DNA from: Malacoraja senta
Lineage: Eukaryota
DNA: 64,000 nucleotides
NCBI GenBank assembly: GCA_038087875.1
Contig: CM075985.1
Location: forward strand, 14,198,001 to 14,262,000
Reading direction: 5' to 3'
Shown here: in pieces, positions 49,251 to 62,042 of the stretch
Layout of the letters: each line of letters starts with the position of its first letter
How positions within the stretch are numbered: position 1 is the first letter of the stretch
Notes under the pieces: model-generated
What the model was told of the DNA's origin: nothing
Database searches by the model: none
What the model saw: only the letters and a program-made list of their open reading frames with translations
Program-made: the position numbers and the translations under genes

Positions 49251-50442
49251 CAGGGCTCGATATTAACGGTTGCCCGGGTGCCATTGGCCACCTAACGTCC
49301 CGCCGGGCAACCTAAAAGTTGTGTCATTTTGCCCGGCTTGGCAAGCACCCGGGACACCTGCCGTTCAACTCTGAGCGGACCCCGCTCTCTCTCTGTCACT
49401 CTCCGTCTCCGCCCGCCATCCGTATCCGTTTCCAGGCCGCCGTGTCTCCGCTCTCCGTTCTCCGCTCTCCGGCTGCTCCCCATCCGCCGGCATGGGCGGT
49501 CGCCTTGCACATGCGCGCAACCACGGCCAGCACATCATCGGCCGCCCTGCAGATGCGCACTGCCACGGCAACTGGTCGGCGCCGGGCACTTTCTCCCTCC
49601 CTTTGCATTGTGGGAGATCTGGCCTCCATTGCTGTCCGGTCGCCGCCTCACCACGACCGCTGAAAACCAACGCAGAATCACTCCCTGGAGCTGGAGTAAC
49701 TCCCTGGAGTAACTCTTGCTTCTGGTTTCCTGGTCCTCCAAAAATATTCTAAATGGAATTTGAACTGAAGGTGGTGGAGGGTCCATCACAAAATTCCAAA
49801 CTCCAAACTCTGAAAAATAACAGCTTATTGCACTTTATCTGTTTATTTATTGTGTAGATATATGGTCCATGGTATATAAACACACTGAACTTTTTTTTAT
49901 CATGTTCTGTATTATGTTTACATATTCTGTTGTGCTGCAGCAAGCAAGAATTTCATTGTCCTGTCTGGGACAAATGACAATAAAACTCTTGACTCTTGAC
50001 TTGGACTTAAGCAAAAAAGGGTTCTTGGGGAAAAAAGAGCTACCTTGAATTTAGTTGCATCTGGTTGGGTAACTATAGTAGGGTGAAGACTATTCCATGC
50101 TTTAATTGTGCGAGGGATCTCCATGGAGCAGCCAACATCTCTGGATAGAAGAAATTGGGTGACGTTTCGGGTAGAGACCCTTCTTTAGACTCCCTCTGGT
50201 CTTAGTGATTTTAGTTTAATTTAAAGATACAGCATGGAAACAGGCGCTTCAGCCCACCGAGTCCACGCCGACCACCGATCACCACACATTATCCCACAGA
50301 TTAGCGACGTAAGTCAAGAGTCAAGAGTGTTTTATTCTCTCACGTCCCAGTAAGAACAATGAAAAACTGTCATTTGGCAACCTAAAAAGCTGCCAAGGTT
50401 GCCTGGCTGACAACAGATAAAAAAGGTTAAGTGAGAGCCCTG
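49251..50442. mobile_element. hAT-like non-autonomous element with nested repeat fragments
   Basis: TIRs CAGGGCTC / GAGCCCTG, subterminal GGCAACCTAAAA at both ends, flanking TTAAG duplication, inserted in a CR1. Confidence 0.7.
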
Positions 50443-51017
50443 TTAAGGTAGATTGTCAAAGTCTTACCCCTATGGTATTGGTATCATAAACAGAAAAGCA
50501 TAGTTTTAAGTGAAAGAGTTTTAAAGTTCATTTGAGGGCTAAGTTTTTTTATACTGAGCGGTTGATATCTGGAATCCATTGCCTGAGGAGTTGGTAGAAT
50601 CAGATACAATTACTAAGTTTGAAAGGCAATTAGACAGACACTTCAATAGGCAAGGCATAGAAGGAAATGGTCCTAATACAGGCAAATAGGATTATACTGC
50701 AGTGTGGCAAAAGATCAGAACAGATGTGGTGGGCTGAAGGGTTCTTTTATGTGCTGATTGACTCAATGCCTATTATTAAATTAGATTCAAGTGAGTTTAA
50801 AGGAAGAATGGAAATTGGAGCCCCGATGAGTATAAAGAGAATGTGAGGAATGTGGGCCCTGATGAGTTTAATAGGAGCCTTAGAACCAGGACCCCATTGA
50901 GTTAAAAAGAGCATAGGAAACGAACGTTGGTGTGTTTAATGGGAGTGAGGGAACCACACCCAGTGAGCCAGTTGCTGAACCAGTTGGGTTTTGCAAATAA
51001 TCAGATAGTGGTTTAAA

Positions 51018-52007
51018 AGTCAAGTCAAGTCACATTTATTTATATAGCACATTTAAAAAACAACTCTCGTTGGCCAAAGTGCTTTACATTTGTTATAAGA
51101 ATAAACAAACAAACTACATACATATATACATAAAGTCCTCGCTCAGAGGACGTCAAGAAAGGGAGTACAGATAAGTTTTTAGTCTTGACTTAAAGGAGTC
51201 GATGGAGGGGGCAGTTCTGATGGGAAGAGGGATGCTGTTCCACAGTCTAGGAGCTGCAACCACAAAGGCGCGGTCGCCCCTGAGCTTATGTCTAGACCGC
51301 GGGATATTCAGCAACCCCAAGTCGGCCGATCTGAGGGACCTGGAGGTGGAGTGGTGGGTGAGAAGACTTTTAATGTAGGTGGGGGCAAGCCCATTGAGGG
51401 CTTTGTAGACATAGAGGAGGATCTTGAAATTTATACGGAACCGCACAGGGAGCCAGTGGAGAGAGGCCAGGATCGGGGTAATGTGGTCCCTTTTTCGGGT
51501 GCCCGTCAGGAGTCTCGCTGCGGCGTTTTGGACCAGTTGCAGGCAGGACAAGGAAGATTGGCTGAAGCCAGTGTAAAGGGAGTTGCAGTAATCTAGGTGG
51601 GAGGAGATAAATGTGTGGATGATCTTTTCGAGGTCATCAAACTGGAGGAATTGTTTTATTTTAGCTATCGTCCGAAGCTGAAAGAAGCTAGCTTTTACCA
51701 CGGCATTGACTTGTTTGTCAAATTTCAGTGCTGAGTCAAATATCACGCCAAGGTTTTTGATGTGAGGTTTGAGTAGTGGGGTAAGGCTTCCAAGGCTGCC
51801 TGCTATCATTTTGATTGAGTCCGAGGGGCCGAGAAGGATGACCTCAGACTTACTCTCGTTTAGTTGGAGGAAGTTCTGGGCCATCCAACACTTTATATCC
51901 TCGAGGCAGCGGGTAAGGTTAAGCAGATTTGATTGGTTTTTGGGCTTCAGGGGGAGATAGAGTTGTGTATCGTCTGCGTAGCAATGGAAGGAAATGCCGT
52001 GCCTTAA
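51018..52007 (-). mobile_element. L2 LINE, 5'-truncated, uninterrupted RT C-terminal ORF
   Basis: HGISFHCYADDTQLY, FLQLNESKSE, LDYCNSL, LQLVQNAAARLL, HITPILASLHWLP, SFKSRLKTYL; 3' (TGACT)n tail. Confidence 0.93.
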
Positions 52008-52139
52008 TAGAGTTTTACTCTGCTTATACAGTAGGTATAAATGCACTAAAGGAGAAGAGGAATACATTACATCTTTTGTTTCGTGATGCTGTCCATTACA
52101 GAACACAATGATTGTGCTTTAATAGCCATAACTAATAAG

Positions 52140-52603
52140 ATATCACATTGATGCAAACTTCTGCAGATGCACCATAGAAAGTGTACTGTTGGGTTGCATC
52201 ACAGCTTGGTTTGGGAACAGCTCTGCCAAGTCTGCGAGAAATTGGGAGAGTTGTAGATGTAGCCCAGTCCATCAAGCAGAGCCTACAATTACTTCATCTA
52301 CAGCACACTTCACACTGCCTCGGAAAATACTTGTCCAACCCCTGTCATCCCTTCTTCTCCCTGCTCCTGTCTGGCGGAAGGTAAAGCTTGAAAGTACGCA
52401 CCACCAGACTCAGGATCAGCTACTTCCACCCTGTTATCTGGCTTCTGAATGGTCCTTCCATAAGCTAGGGTACTTACCGATTGTGAACATTGGACTTTTT
52501 ATAGAACTGATGCACTGCAATGTTGAGAACTATATTCTGCATTCTGTACTTCCCCCTTTGCTCTATCTATTGTACCTGAGTTTGACTTGATTTTATTTAT
52601 AGA
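52140..52603 (+). mobile_element. Rex1/Babar-type LINE 3' fragment (continues at 55401-55490 after the Helitron)
   Basis: GCITAWFGNSSA, HPFFSLLLSGGR; tail resumes TAGTATATCTGATTTG...AAACCTAAACC. Confidence 0.75.
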
Positions 52604-53517
52604 CTAGACCCATTGGGTCCCATTCTCACATGGGAGGGCTGGTCCCCCAACGCAATATTCCACCTCTCCACCAATTCCAATATTGGTGGGCAGTGGGGCT
52701 TTTTGGAGTACTAGTATGGGTGTTGTGGGCCGAAGGGACTGGTTTCCAGAGGGCTCGTATGGACATTGTGGGTCGAATGGATTCTTGGACACACAGTTCA
52801 GTCACACGACTGGTGAACTCACAGTTCAGTCACTCACGGCTGGTGGACTGACAGTTCACTCATTCACGGCTGGTGGACTGACAGTTCACTCACTCACTGC
52901 TGGTGGACTCACAGTTCACTCACTCACAGCTGGTGGACTCACAGTTCACTCATTCACGGCTGGTGGACTCACAGTTCAATCACACGGCTGGTGTACTCAT
53001 CCATCACACACAACACACGCCCTCCATCATGCACACATCCTCCATCACACACACACACACCCTCCATCACACACACACACACCCTCCATCACACACACAC
53101 ACCCTCCATTACACACACACCCTCCATCATATACACACTCTCCATCACACACACACACACACACACACACCCTCCATCACACACACAAACACCCTCCAGC
53201 ACACATACTCTCCATCACACACACACTCCATCACACACACACCCTCCATCACACACATACACCCTCCATCACACACACCCTCCATCACACACGCACACTC
53301 CATCACATACANNNNNNNNNNNNNNNNNNNNNNNNNNNNNNNNNNNNNNNNNNNNNNNNNNNNNNNNNNNNNNNNNNNNNNNNNNNNNNNNNNNNNNNNN
53401 NNNNNNNNNNNNNNNNNNNNNNNNNNNNNNNNNNNNNNNNNNNNNNNNNNNNNNNNNNNNNNNNNNNNNNNNACTCACCCTCCATCTCACACACACACCC
53501 ACACCCTCACCCTCCAT

Positions 53518-53550
<33 letters not shown>

Positions 53551-53765
53551 ACCCTCCATCACACACACACACACCCACCCTCCATCACACACACACAGAC
53601 AGCCTCCACCACACACACACACACTCTCCATCACACACACACACCCTCCATCACACACACACACACATCCTCCATCGACTCACTCTGGTGGACTCACAGT
53701 TCACTCACTCACGGCTGGTGGACACACAGTTCACTCACTCATGGCTGGTGCTCATTCATCACACA

Positions 53766-53806
<41 letters not shown>

Positions 53807-53851
53807 GCCTCCATCACACACACCCTCCATCACACATACACACACCATCCA

Positions 53852-53895
<44 letters not shown>

Positions 53896-55400
53896 CCTCG
53901 ATCACACACACACACTCAAGCCACACACACCCTACATCACACACACACTCACACCCACACACAGCCTCCATCACACAAACACACACACACTCCATTTCAC
54001 ACACCCTCCATCACACTCACACCCTCCATCACACACACACCCTCCATCTCACACACACCCTCCATCTCACACACATTCCATCTCGCAAACACACACACAC
54101 CCTCCATCTCTCACACACACACACACACACACGCACACCCTCCATCTCACACACACACACACTCTCCCTCGCTCACACACACTCACACACCCTCCATCAC
54201 ACACACACACACCCTCCATCCCACACACACCCACCATCACACACACCCTCCATCTCACATACACTCACACACCCACTCACACATACTCTCACACACACTC
54301 ACCCTCCCTCACACACTCACACCCTTCATCTCACACACAGACACAAACACACACCCTCCATCTCACATAAACACTCACACACACACACACTCACAAACAC
54401 ACAGCTTCCATCTCACATACAAACACTCCCTCCATCTCACATACACACCCTCCATCTCACTCACTCACACACACCCTCCATCTCACACACACACACATGC
54501 TCACACACACACTCACACACTCACACTCACACACACACACACACACTCACACACACACACCCTTCATCACACACACACACCCTCGATCTCTCACACACAC
54601 ATGCACGCACACACACACACTCACACACACACTGTCCATCTCACACACACACACATTCTTACCCACACTCACACACTCACACACACACACACACACACCC
54701 TCCATCTCACACACACACATACCCTCTATCACACACACATATCCGGGACATATATGACAGTAAAACTTTCTTGAATATACTCACGCCCGACTTCTGGATT
54801 GGACGCGGCCTTGGACTCGGGCCCGACTTCTGGACTCAGGTCCGATTTCTGGACTGAGCGCGACCTCCGGACTGAGCGCGACGTCTGGACTGAGCGCGAC
54901 CTCTGGACTGAGCGCGAATTCCAGAATGAGCGCGACCTCTGGACTGAGCGCGACTTCCGGAATGAGTGCGACCTCTGGACTGAGCCACGGCTTGTAGACT
55001 CACAGTTCAGTCAGCACGGCTGGCGGACTCACAGTGCACTCACTAACTGCTTGTAGACGCCTAGTTCACTCACTAATGGCTGGTGAACTCACAGTTCTGG
55101 ACTCAACTGTCACTCACAGCTTCTGGGATGACTGACACACGCGCGGCCACCGGGGCTTTATTTTCCTTGCCCCCAGAAGGGGCGTTACCTTCGTGGTGAC
55201 AGACAGGCGAGAAGACCAATCTGCTGATCTCACGATTTTTTTAACCTTCATAACTTTTCTAATATTTCACCGATTGGAACAAAACTTGGGGTGCTTGGAG
55301 CAGAGGTGAGTAAGATGGCGAAAAAATCCTAGCGATATGGGGCAGCGTTTTTGCCAAATTTATTTACAAAGCAAGATGAGAGTTTTAGTAATAGTATAGA
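52604..55400 (-). mobile_element. Non-autonomous Helitron inflated by mini- and microsatellites
   Basis: 5' TCTATACTATTACTAAAACTCTCATCTTG (minus strand, from 55400); 3' hairpin GGACCCAATGGGTC + CTAG at 52604; no TSD. Confidence 0.8.
52790..54990. repeat. 30-bp minisatellite, (CA)n/CCCTCCATCACA array with a gap (53312-53472), and 18-bp minisatellite
   Basis: GGTGGACTCACAGTTCACTCACTCACGGCT units; GACTGAGCGCGACCTCTG units at 54838-54985. Confidence 0.9.
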
Positions 55401-55669
55401 TAGTATATCTGATTTGTTTGTATAGCATGAAAAACAAAGCTCTTCAGTGTACCTCGGGACACATGACAATAGTAAACCTAAACCTAAATCAAAGCCAGTG
55501 GGAATTTTTGATGGGGCTTGGTTGAAAAGAAAAGAACTACTGTTTTAAAGCAAAGCAATTGATTCTGCATAATATTAATTGAAAAGTATACTGCACCTGA
55601 TGTTGTATTATTTGTTCCTATATAAGAACAATGAGATTATTTTGAAAATTACCACTTCTTTTATTTCAG

Positions 55670-55824
55670 TGAATGGATGACATATATCGGAAATAAAAAA
55701 AGAGATCAGATTGAAATGGCACAAGATGTGATCAAGGCTGATACTCATTATGTACGACATAAATTAACAGTGGGATTTTTTGCATGGATAAAGTGGATAC
55801 AAATAAAAAGAAAACAAGAAACCT
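55670..55824 (+). CDS. FBXL13: FBXL13 coding exon 6
   Basis: ttatttcag|(S)EWMTYIGNKKRDQIEMAQDVIKADTHYVRHKLTVGFFAWIKWIQIKRKQET|gtgagt; phase matches exon 5; W-periodic (Sfi1-like) repeats as in the FBXL13 N-terminus. Confidence 0.85.
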
Positions 55825-56598
55825 GTGAGTTGAATTGTATTTTATATGACAGAGAATTGAAATTAATACACTTCTCTGTATATCGTTGTATTTTTGTTAA
55901 GAGTTTCCTGTGTAGTTAGTTCAACTTTCTAAGTAAGCCCTTAATTGAAAAGTATTTTTGATGCAAATGAAGTATTTAGTTTAAGGAGCTGCAATGTAAG
56001 ATCAGGAAAATCTGAAATACTTTTTTCTAGTTGCAATTCTACTTTTCTTCACTGTCCAACACCAGCTGCAGGTGCCATCCAATACTCTGGTGAATATGAG
56101 AGAATGAAAACAATGAAGTTAAAAATTGTAAAGTAAAACTATAAGTTACCTATAGGAAATATTTAAATACTAGTGAATGTACACAACCCAAATATATTCC
56201 AGGAGAGAAAATGGAAATTCATCAAAACAGAGCTTCCAAGCCTGAAACTGGAGACAACATTTAGTACATACCACAGATTATTAAAAAAAAGACAAACTGA
56301 TAATGATATGTTGATGACAAAAGTCACTTTCATCTATTTGGAGGATTTAATAAAGAAGGGTAGACATTCAAACAAATCAGTACTGACTCAGAGAAAGAAG
56401 AGGAGATCATGGAAGCTAAGGAATTGAGCCATTGGAATAAATATCTTAGATTATATATGGATTACCAAAGAGGCAGTATTGGCAGTTTTAAAGTAAATTA
56501 AGGTGAATGGCTGTATAAGGCCTGATCAATTGCATCCTTGTGTCATGTGCGGAGCTAGCAAGGAAATTGTGGAGGTCCTTGCAGAGATATTTGCAACA

Positions 56599-57908
56599 TC
56601 TATACATAACTAAAACTCTGATCTTGTGCTCTACCGGTTTGCGTGGTTTTACTATTTGCGCAAATACGGTACGCGATAATGCTATGATTGTTCGTCAGCT
56701 CACTCACCGTTCTCCTGTGCTGCGAGTGCAACAAGTTTCGTTCCGATCGGTAGTATATTGTAAAAGTTAGCGAGGTTTAGAAATCGTAAATACTGCTCGT
56801 GCGCAGATCGATTTCCTCTCCTGCCAGTCATCGCTGCGCAGATTGGTCTCTTCTCCTGTCACTCCGTGGGACAGTCCGCCCCTTCCTGCGCCTTCGCGTC
56901 TTTACTGGAGCTGAGGATGGTCGGAGGAGGTCTCCAGAAATTTTTGGAGGGACCGGAAGCGGCTCGGCCTGGCCTGGCCCGGAATCGGAGATGTCGCCAA
57001 ACGGAAAGCAGAGAGTCTCATCCCGGTGGAGGAGAGCGTCCAGCACCATATGTGAGTCCCAAATGCACTGCCATCGCAACGCGTGCTGCTCCAGCCCCTT
57101 ACCCTCTGATCCCCCTTGCTGGTTCCTGCCCCCTTCCCCCGTGATACCCCCCTCTCTCCCATGGCTCTTCCCCCGTCTGTTCTCCAAGCTCTCCCCACAT
57201 CCCCCGCCCACACGCCAGCGCGGCCGTAGCTGCTGGTGCTTCCGGGCCGATCGGAGGCCTGGCTCTGAGGGTGCGGATGGCTGATGCTCCTCTGAGGAAG
57301 GAGCGGCAACCACGAGATCCTGGGGAGGGAGAGTGGGGGAGGAGAGGGGATAGAGGGAGAGGAGGGGAGTAGGGAGGGGAGGAGTTATGGAGTGACTGAG
57401 GGTGGGGGAAAGGAGAGGTGGAGGGATTGGGGAGGGTAGGAGGGAAAAGAAGAGGGAGGAGGTGAGGAGGGAGAGTGGGGAATAGAGGGAGAGGAAGGGG
57501 GAGTAGAGGAGGGATGGCTTGGGGGATGTGGGGAGTAGGGAATAGAGGGAGAGGAGGCCAGTGGGGAAGGTGAGGAGGGATAGTGGGGGGGATAGGGGGA
57601 GGTGAGGAGTGGGGGAGGTGGGGGATAGAGGGATAGGAGGGGGTAGGGAGGGTGGAGTTATGGAGGGAGGGAGGGAGGGAGTGCCTGAGGGTAGGGGAAA
57701 GGAGAGCGAGAGAGACTTGAGGGAGGGATTGGGGAGGGGAGGAGGAGAGGGGAAAGAAGAGGGAGGGTGGAGGAGGGGGAGAGAGTGCTAGGGATGAGGG
57801 GAAATGAGCTGCGCCTGTGCAGTTGGGGACTATGGATGTGGTGGAATATTGCGTTGGGGAACCAAGCCTCCTGTGTGACAGGGACACAAAGGGTCCCACT
57901 TAGTCTAG
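56599..57908 (+). mobile_element. Complete non-autonomous Helitron inserted between A and T of a CR1
   Basis: A|TCTATACATAACTAAAACTCTG ... GGGACACAAAGGGTCCC hairpin ... TAGTCTAG|T; empty site GATATTTGCAACA|TCTTTAACT restores CR1. Confidence 0.9.
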
Positions 57909-58273
57909 TCTTTAACTAACGATGAAGTTTTAGAAGACTGGAAGGTGGCTAATATACTGTTATTTAAGAAGGGCAGCAGGGATAAGTCTGGAATTCACAG
58001 GCCTTCCATCATTGACAAGTTGTTGGAGGGGATTCTGAGGGACAGGATGTACCGTTGTTTATTTGAATAGGCATGGACTGATTAGGGATAGTCTGCCTGG
58101 CTTTGCACATTGGTAATGATGTTTAGAGGCCTGTGCCCAGTGAACTGTTGCAGGGATCGGTGCTGGGTCCACTATTGTTAGTTATTTACGTCTAACACTT
58201 GGAAGACAAGGTAGTTAACATTCTTATTAAATTTGCAGGTGGAAAGGGTGGTGAAGAAGGTATTTGGCAAACA

Positions 58274-58400
58274 CAGTGGCGGACTGGGTCTAAAAATATT
58301 GGTTGCCAGGAGACAAAGGGGGCCCACTTCATCAGGGGCCCACTTCATCAGGGGCCCACTTGCCATCGGGCAAGCTGACACCCTGGCCAGTCCGCCACTG
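58274..58400. mobile_element. 127-bp hAT MITE
   Basis: Perfect 14-bp TIR CAGTGGCGGACTGG; 8-bp TSD GGCAAACA/GGCACACA. Confidence 0.9.
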
Positions 58401-59061
58401 GGCACACACCATTGTTTGGAAGGGTGTTGAGCACAAACGTCGGGACATCCTGATGCAGATGTACAAGTTGTTGCTAAGACATCAGTCGGTGTACTGTGTG
58501 CAGTTCTGGTTGCTCAGCTTTTGGAAGGATGTTATTAGTTTGGAAAAAGTGCAATTTTAAAAAGAAACAATTGGTCAAGATGAGAGTTTTAGTAATAATA
58601 TAGATTATAGCTCCTCTTTTCCTTAACAATGCTAAGTAGACTAGATGGTTGGGTCAATAAATATTCTACAGTGCCACATACATTAGAAGAGCCATATTTC
58701 TTTTTTTCTTTCTTTCTGGTTTTCTAGGTGTATGTGCATGTGGCCAAATGTTGGGATGTGATGTCATAAAACTCGTGAGGCTTCCTTTTCAGAATGGCAG
58801 GCAGTGACTAGTAGGGTGCCGCAAGGCTCGGTGCGGGTCCCCAGTTGTTTACAATATATATTAACGATTTAGACGAGGGAATTAAATGTAACATCTCTAA
58901 GTTTGCGGATGACACAAAGCTGGGTGGTAGTGTGAGCTGCGAGGAGAATGCTAATGTGGCTGCAAGGTGACTTGGATAGATTGGGTGAGACGGCAGAAGC
59001 ATGGCAGATGCAGTATAATGTGGATAAATGTGAGATTATCCACTTTGGTGGCAAGAACAGT

Positions 59062-59401
59062 GGATGGCACGGTGGGTGGCACGGTGGCGCAGCAGTAGAG
59101 TTACTGCCTTACAGTGAATGCAGCGCCGATCCCGACTATGGGTGCTGTATAGAATTTGTACGTTTTCCCTGTGACCTGCATTGGTTTTCTCCAAGATCTG
59201 TTTCCTCCCACACTCCAAAAACGTACAGGTATGTAGGTTAATTGGCTTGGTAAATGTAAAAATTGTCCCAAGAGTGTGTAGGATAGTGTTAATATGCGGG
59301 GATCTATGGTCGGCGCGGACCCGGTGGGACGAAGGGCCTGTTTCCGCGCTGTGTCTCTAAACTAAACTAAACTAAACTAAACTAAACTAAACTAAACTAA
59401 A
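59062..59401 (+). mobile_element. tRNA-derived SINE with long (CTAAA)n tail
   Basis: GGTGGCACGGTGGCGCAG A box, central domain, (CTAAA)n. Confidence 0.85.
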
Positions 59402-59684
59402 CAGGAAGGCAGTTTATTATCTGAATAATGTCAGATTAGAGGGGGAGGTGTAACGAGACCTGGGTGTACTTGTACAGCAATCACTGAAAGTAAGCATTCA
59501 GGTATAGCAGACAATGAAGAAAGCCAATGGCATGTTGGCCTTCATTGCAAAAGGATTTGAGTTTAGGAGCAAGGAGGTCCTTCTGCAGTTGTACAGGGCA
59601 CTGGTGAGAGATAGCTTTAGCTCTTAGGGCCAGGGAATCAAGGGATATGGGGAAAAAGCCGGAACGGAGTACAGATTTTGGATG

Positions 59685-59895
59685 TAGACAAAAATGCTGG
59701 AGAAACTCAGCGGGTGCAGCAGCATCTATGGAGCGAACGAAATAGCAACGTTTTGGGCCGAAACCCTTCTTCAGACAGATCCATAGACCATTGTGCTCCA
59801 CAGACGATGCTCCATAGATGCTGCCGCACCTGCTGAGTTTCTACAGCATTTTTGTCTACCTTTGATTTTCCAGCATCTGCAATTCCTTCTTGAAC
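59685..59895. repeat. Fold-back Penelope tail with hammerhead-like core
   Basis: GTAGACAAAAATGCTGGAGAAACTCAGCGGGTGCAGCAGCATCTATGGAGC ... GCTCCATAGATGCTGCCGCACCTGCTGAGTTTCTACAGCATTTTTGTCTAC. Confidence 0.8.
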
Positions 59896-61215
59896 ACAGA
59901 TTTTGGATGATCAGCCATTGAATGGCAGTGCTGGCTCGAAGGGCCGAATGGCCTACTCCTGCACCTAGTTTCTATGTTTCCATGTTTCTATGTGAGGTAA
60001 CATCAGATGAATGGTGTGCTTATCTTTATTCAAATTCTTAATTGCAAAGATAAAGTTCAAGCACTCACTCGCGTTCACAGTAATATCACTTGTCAGGACA
60101 CAAATTGGATCAGACTTGGATTTGTGGTACACAGCATTCTCTAAATCCCAGGCTTAGGATCTCTTATTGCAAGTGTTGGTCCCAAGTATTCATGCTGTAA
60201 GGTGTTAAATCTTATTTCCAGAACCTGTCTCCCTCTGTTCCTTCTGTTTTCCTCCAATGTGATCGTACCAAATTTTGTAGTCCAGTCCATGTCCGACCAA
60301 TATCCTTCATCTTCATTTCTTTTGGTACTATTGGCTTCCACTTCACCAGTCATGTAGTATCCTAGTTATTGGTACAAACCCAGTAAAATACAAAGGAATT
60401 GTGAACTAATTGCTTCTGGTAGTTTGGATGAGGACCTTGCTCTCTACATGGGACAACTGACTAGCTCTCAGTATTCAGATATTTTTCTGACTTAATCTAT
60501 GCTCTAATTATCTCATATTATCAGTGTAAGGGCTAGCCCCTGTGCCTGCCAATAAGGTCCACATGTTAATAGCAATGTCACAGAATGTACTCTTGTTCCT
60601 TATCCCATTGCAGCCATCTCATAATTTCCTAATTTATTTGACTTATGACATCTTGGGTCTTAGTGATTCACAATTTATGGCTGCTGCCAAGTAACACTGA
60701 GAGGTTGTTACATTGGGGTATTGCCTGGTTTTATGTCACAGTTATGCTTATTTCACAGGGTTTAAATTGGTACCAATGGCTTCTCAAAACAATTCCTTAT
60801 TCAGAATCCTGTGATCAATCAATCTTGGAGATTCACTCTATAATTGAGTTATTATCAATATCCTTGTTTATACTTTCATAACATTCTTGGAGAACTTCAT
60901 TGACCATTATCCATCCTTGTATTAGCAATCTCCAAATGTCTGTTAAGCCCAAACACTAACCTTCTTCTGTGATGGTTGTTTTTACTTTTGGACCACCAGA
61001 AAATGTTACTTTTATGTTTTGAATCATATCTTTTATCTTGCATTAAAATAAAGAGTCAACACATATTCAGCCTCATTTATTCTCATTTTTTTCTAGTGGG
61101 CAATGGAGCATATACGCAAGGTCAACAATCAACGTCAGGCCAGGCTCATTTTAAGAGAGTGGTTGGCTGTGACAAAAGAGGCAAAAACTACCCGAGTGTA
61201 CTTTGAGGTAATAAC

Positions 61216-61672
61216 TAGACTACAGTAAGTGGAACCCGTTGGGTCCCAGTCACACGGGAGGCCTGGTCCCCTAACGCAACCCATTCCCCAACGCAATATT
61301 CCATCACTCACCCGTTCCCTCAATGCAACCCCTTCCCCCATGCAATATTTCACCACTCACCCATAGCCCCTAACTATGCAGGCGTGGCTCATTACCCCTC
61401 ATCCACGATCAGCCACTCCCCCTCCTCTTCATGTGTGAGAGGGGAGGGGGGAGGGAAGTGGGGTGTGTGGTGGGGGGTGTGTGGGGTGGGGAGGGGAGGA
61501 GGGGTGTGTGGACAGGGAGGTGTAGGAGGGGGGGAGAGGGTGGTGTGGGGGAAGGGGTGTGTGGTGGAGGGGGGTTTGTGGCAGGGGGTGTGGGGGAGGG
61601 AGGTTTGTGGCGGGGGTGTGGGGTGGGGGTGAGGTGTGTGTGTGGACGGGAGGGTGTGGGAGGGGGAGGAGA
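61216..61672 (-). mobile_element. Helitron 3' fragment
   Basis: CTAG..AAGTGGAACCCGTTGGGTCCC hairpin and family subterminal block; G-rich interior. Confidence 0.75.
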
Positions 61673-62041
61673 TGTTGAAAATGTCTGAGGACATCCGCCT
61701 GCTGGGTAGCACATTCCTTGAGCACATGACCAGGTGTGTTGTCTGGTCCTGGGGCTTTCTGTGGGTCGATCCTGGTTAGAGCTCCCAACATGTAGGCTGA
61801 ATCCAGGATTATTATCTGCTCCTCGGGGGTAGGAGTGGACTTCCTCCCAGGCGTGGTGTTAAGCGTCCTCAAAGCGCACATAAAAGTCATTTAGCTTGTC
61901 CGGAAGGGAGGCATCGCTGTTGTTGGAATGTGATGCTCCTCTATAGTCCGCGCTGGACCGGATACCTTGCCACATACGTCTGCTGTCCCTGGTGTCACAG
62001 AAGTTGCCTGTGATTTTCTGCGAGTAGGCCCGCTTTGCTCT
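61673..62041 (-). mobile_element. Rex1/Babar-type LINE internal fragment
   Basis: ALTRIDPQKAPGPDNTPGHVLKECATQQADV. Confidence 0.75.
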
Positions 62042-62042
62042 C

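Larger units (their letters stand above)
58775..59992 (+). mobile_element. CR1 RT/3' fragment with nested SINE and Penelope fold-back
   Basis: SKFADDTKLGG, WQMQYNVDKCEIIHFG; CR1 3' UTR and (TTTCTATG)n tail. Confidence 0.9.

Noticed and set aside
52683-54857. Long His/Thr-rich ORFs (724, 623 and 459 aa)
   Set aside because: Translation artefacts of a (CA)n-rich satellite and an N gap inside a Helitron; open in all three frames.
54838-54985. 18-bp (and the 30-bp at 52790-52995) repeat arrays as CRISPR-like
   Set aside because: Contiguous tandem units with no unique spacers, no cas genes, vertebrate context.
58728-58774. Possible next FBXL13 exon after a strong polypyrimidine tract
   Set aside because: Peptide CVCACGQMLGCDVIKL does not resemble FBXL13, and the apparent donor is the start of a CR1 fragment.
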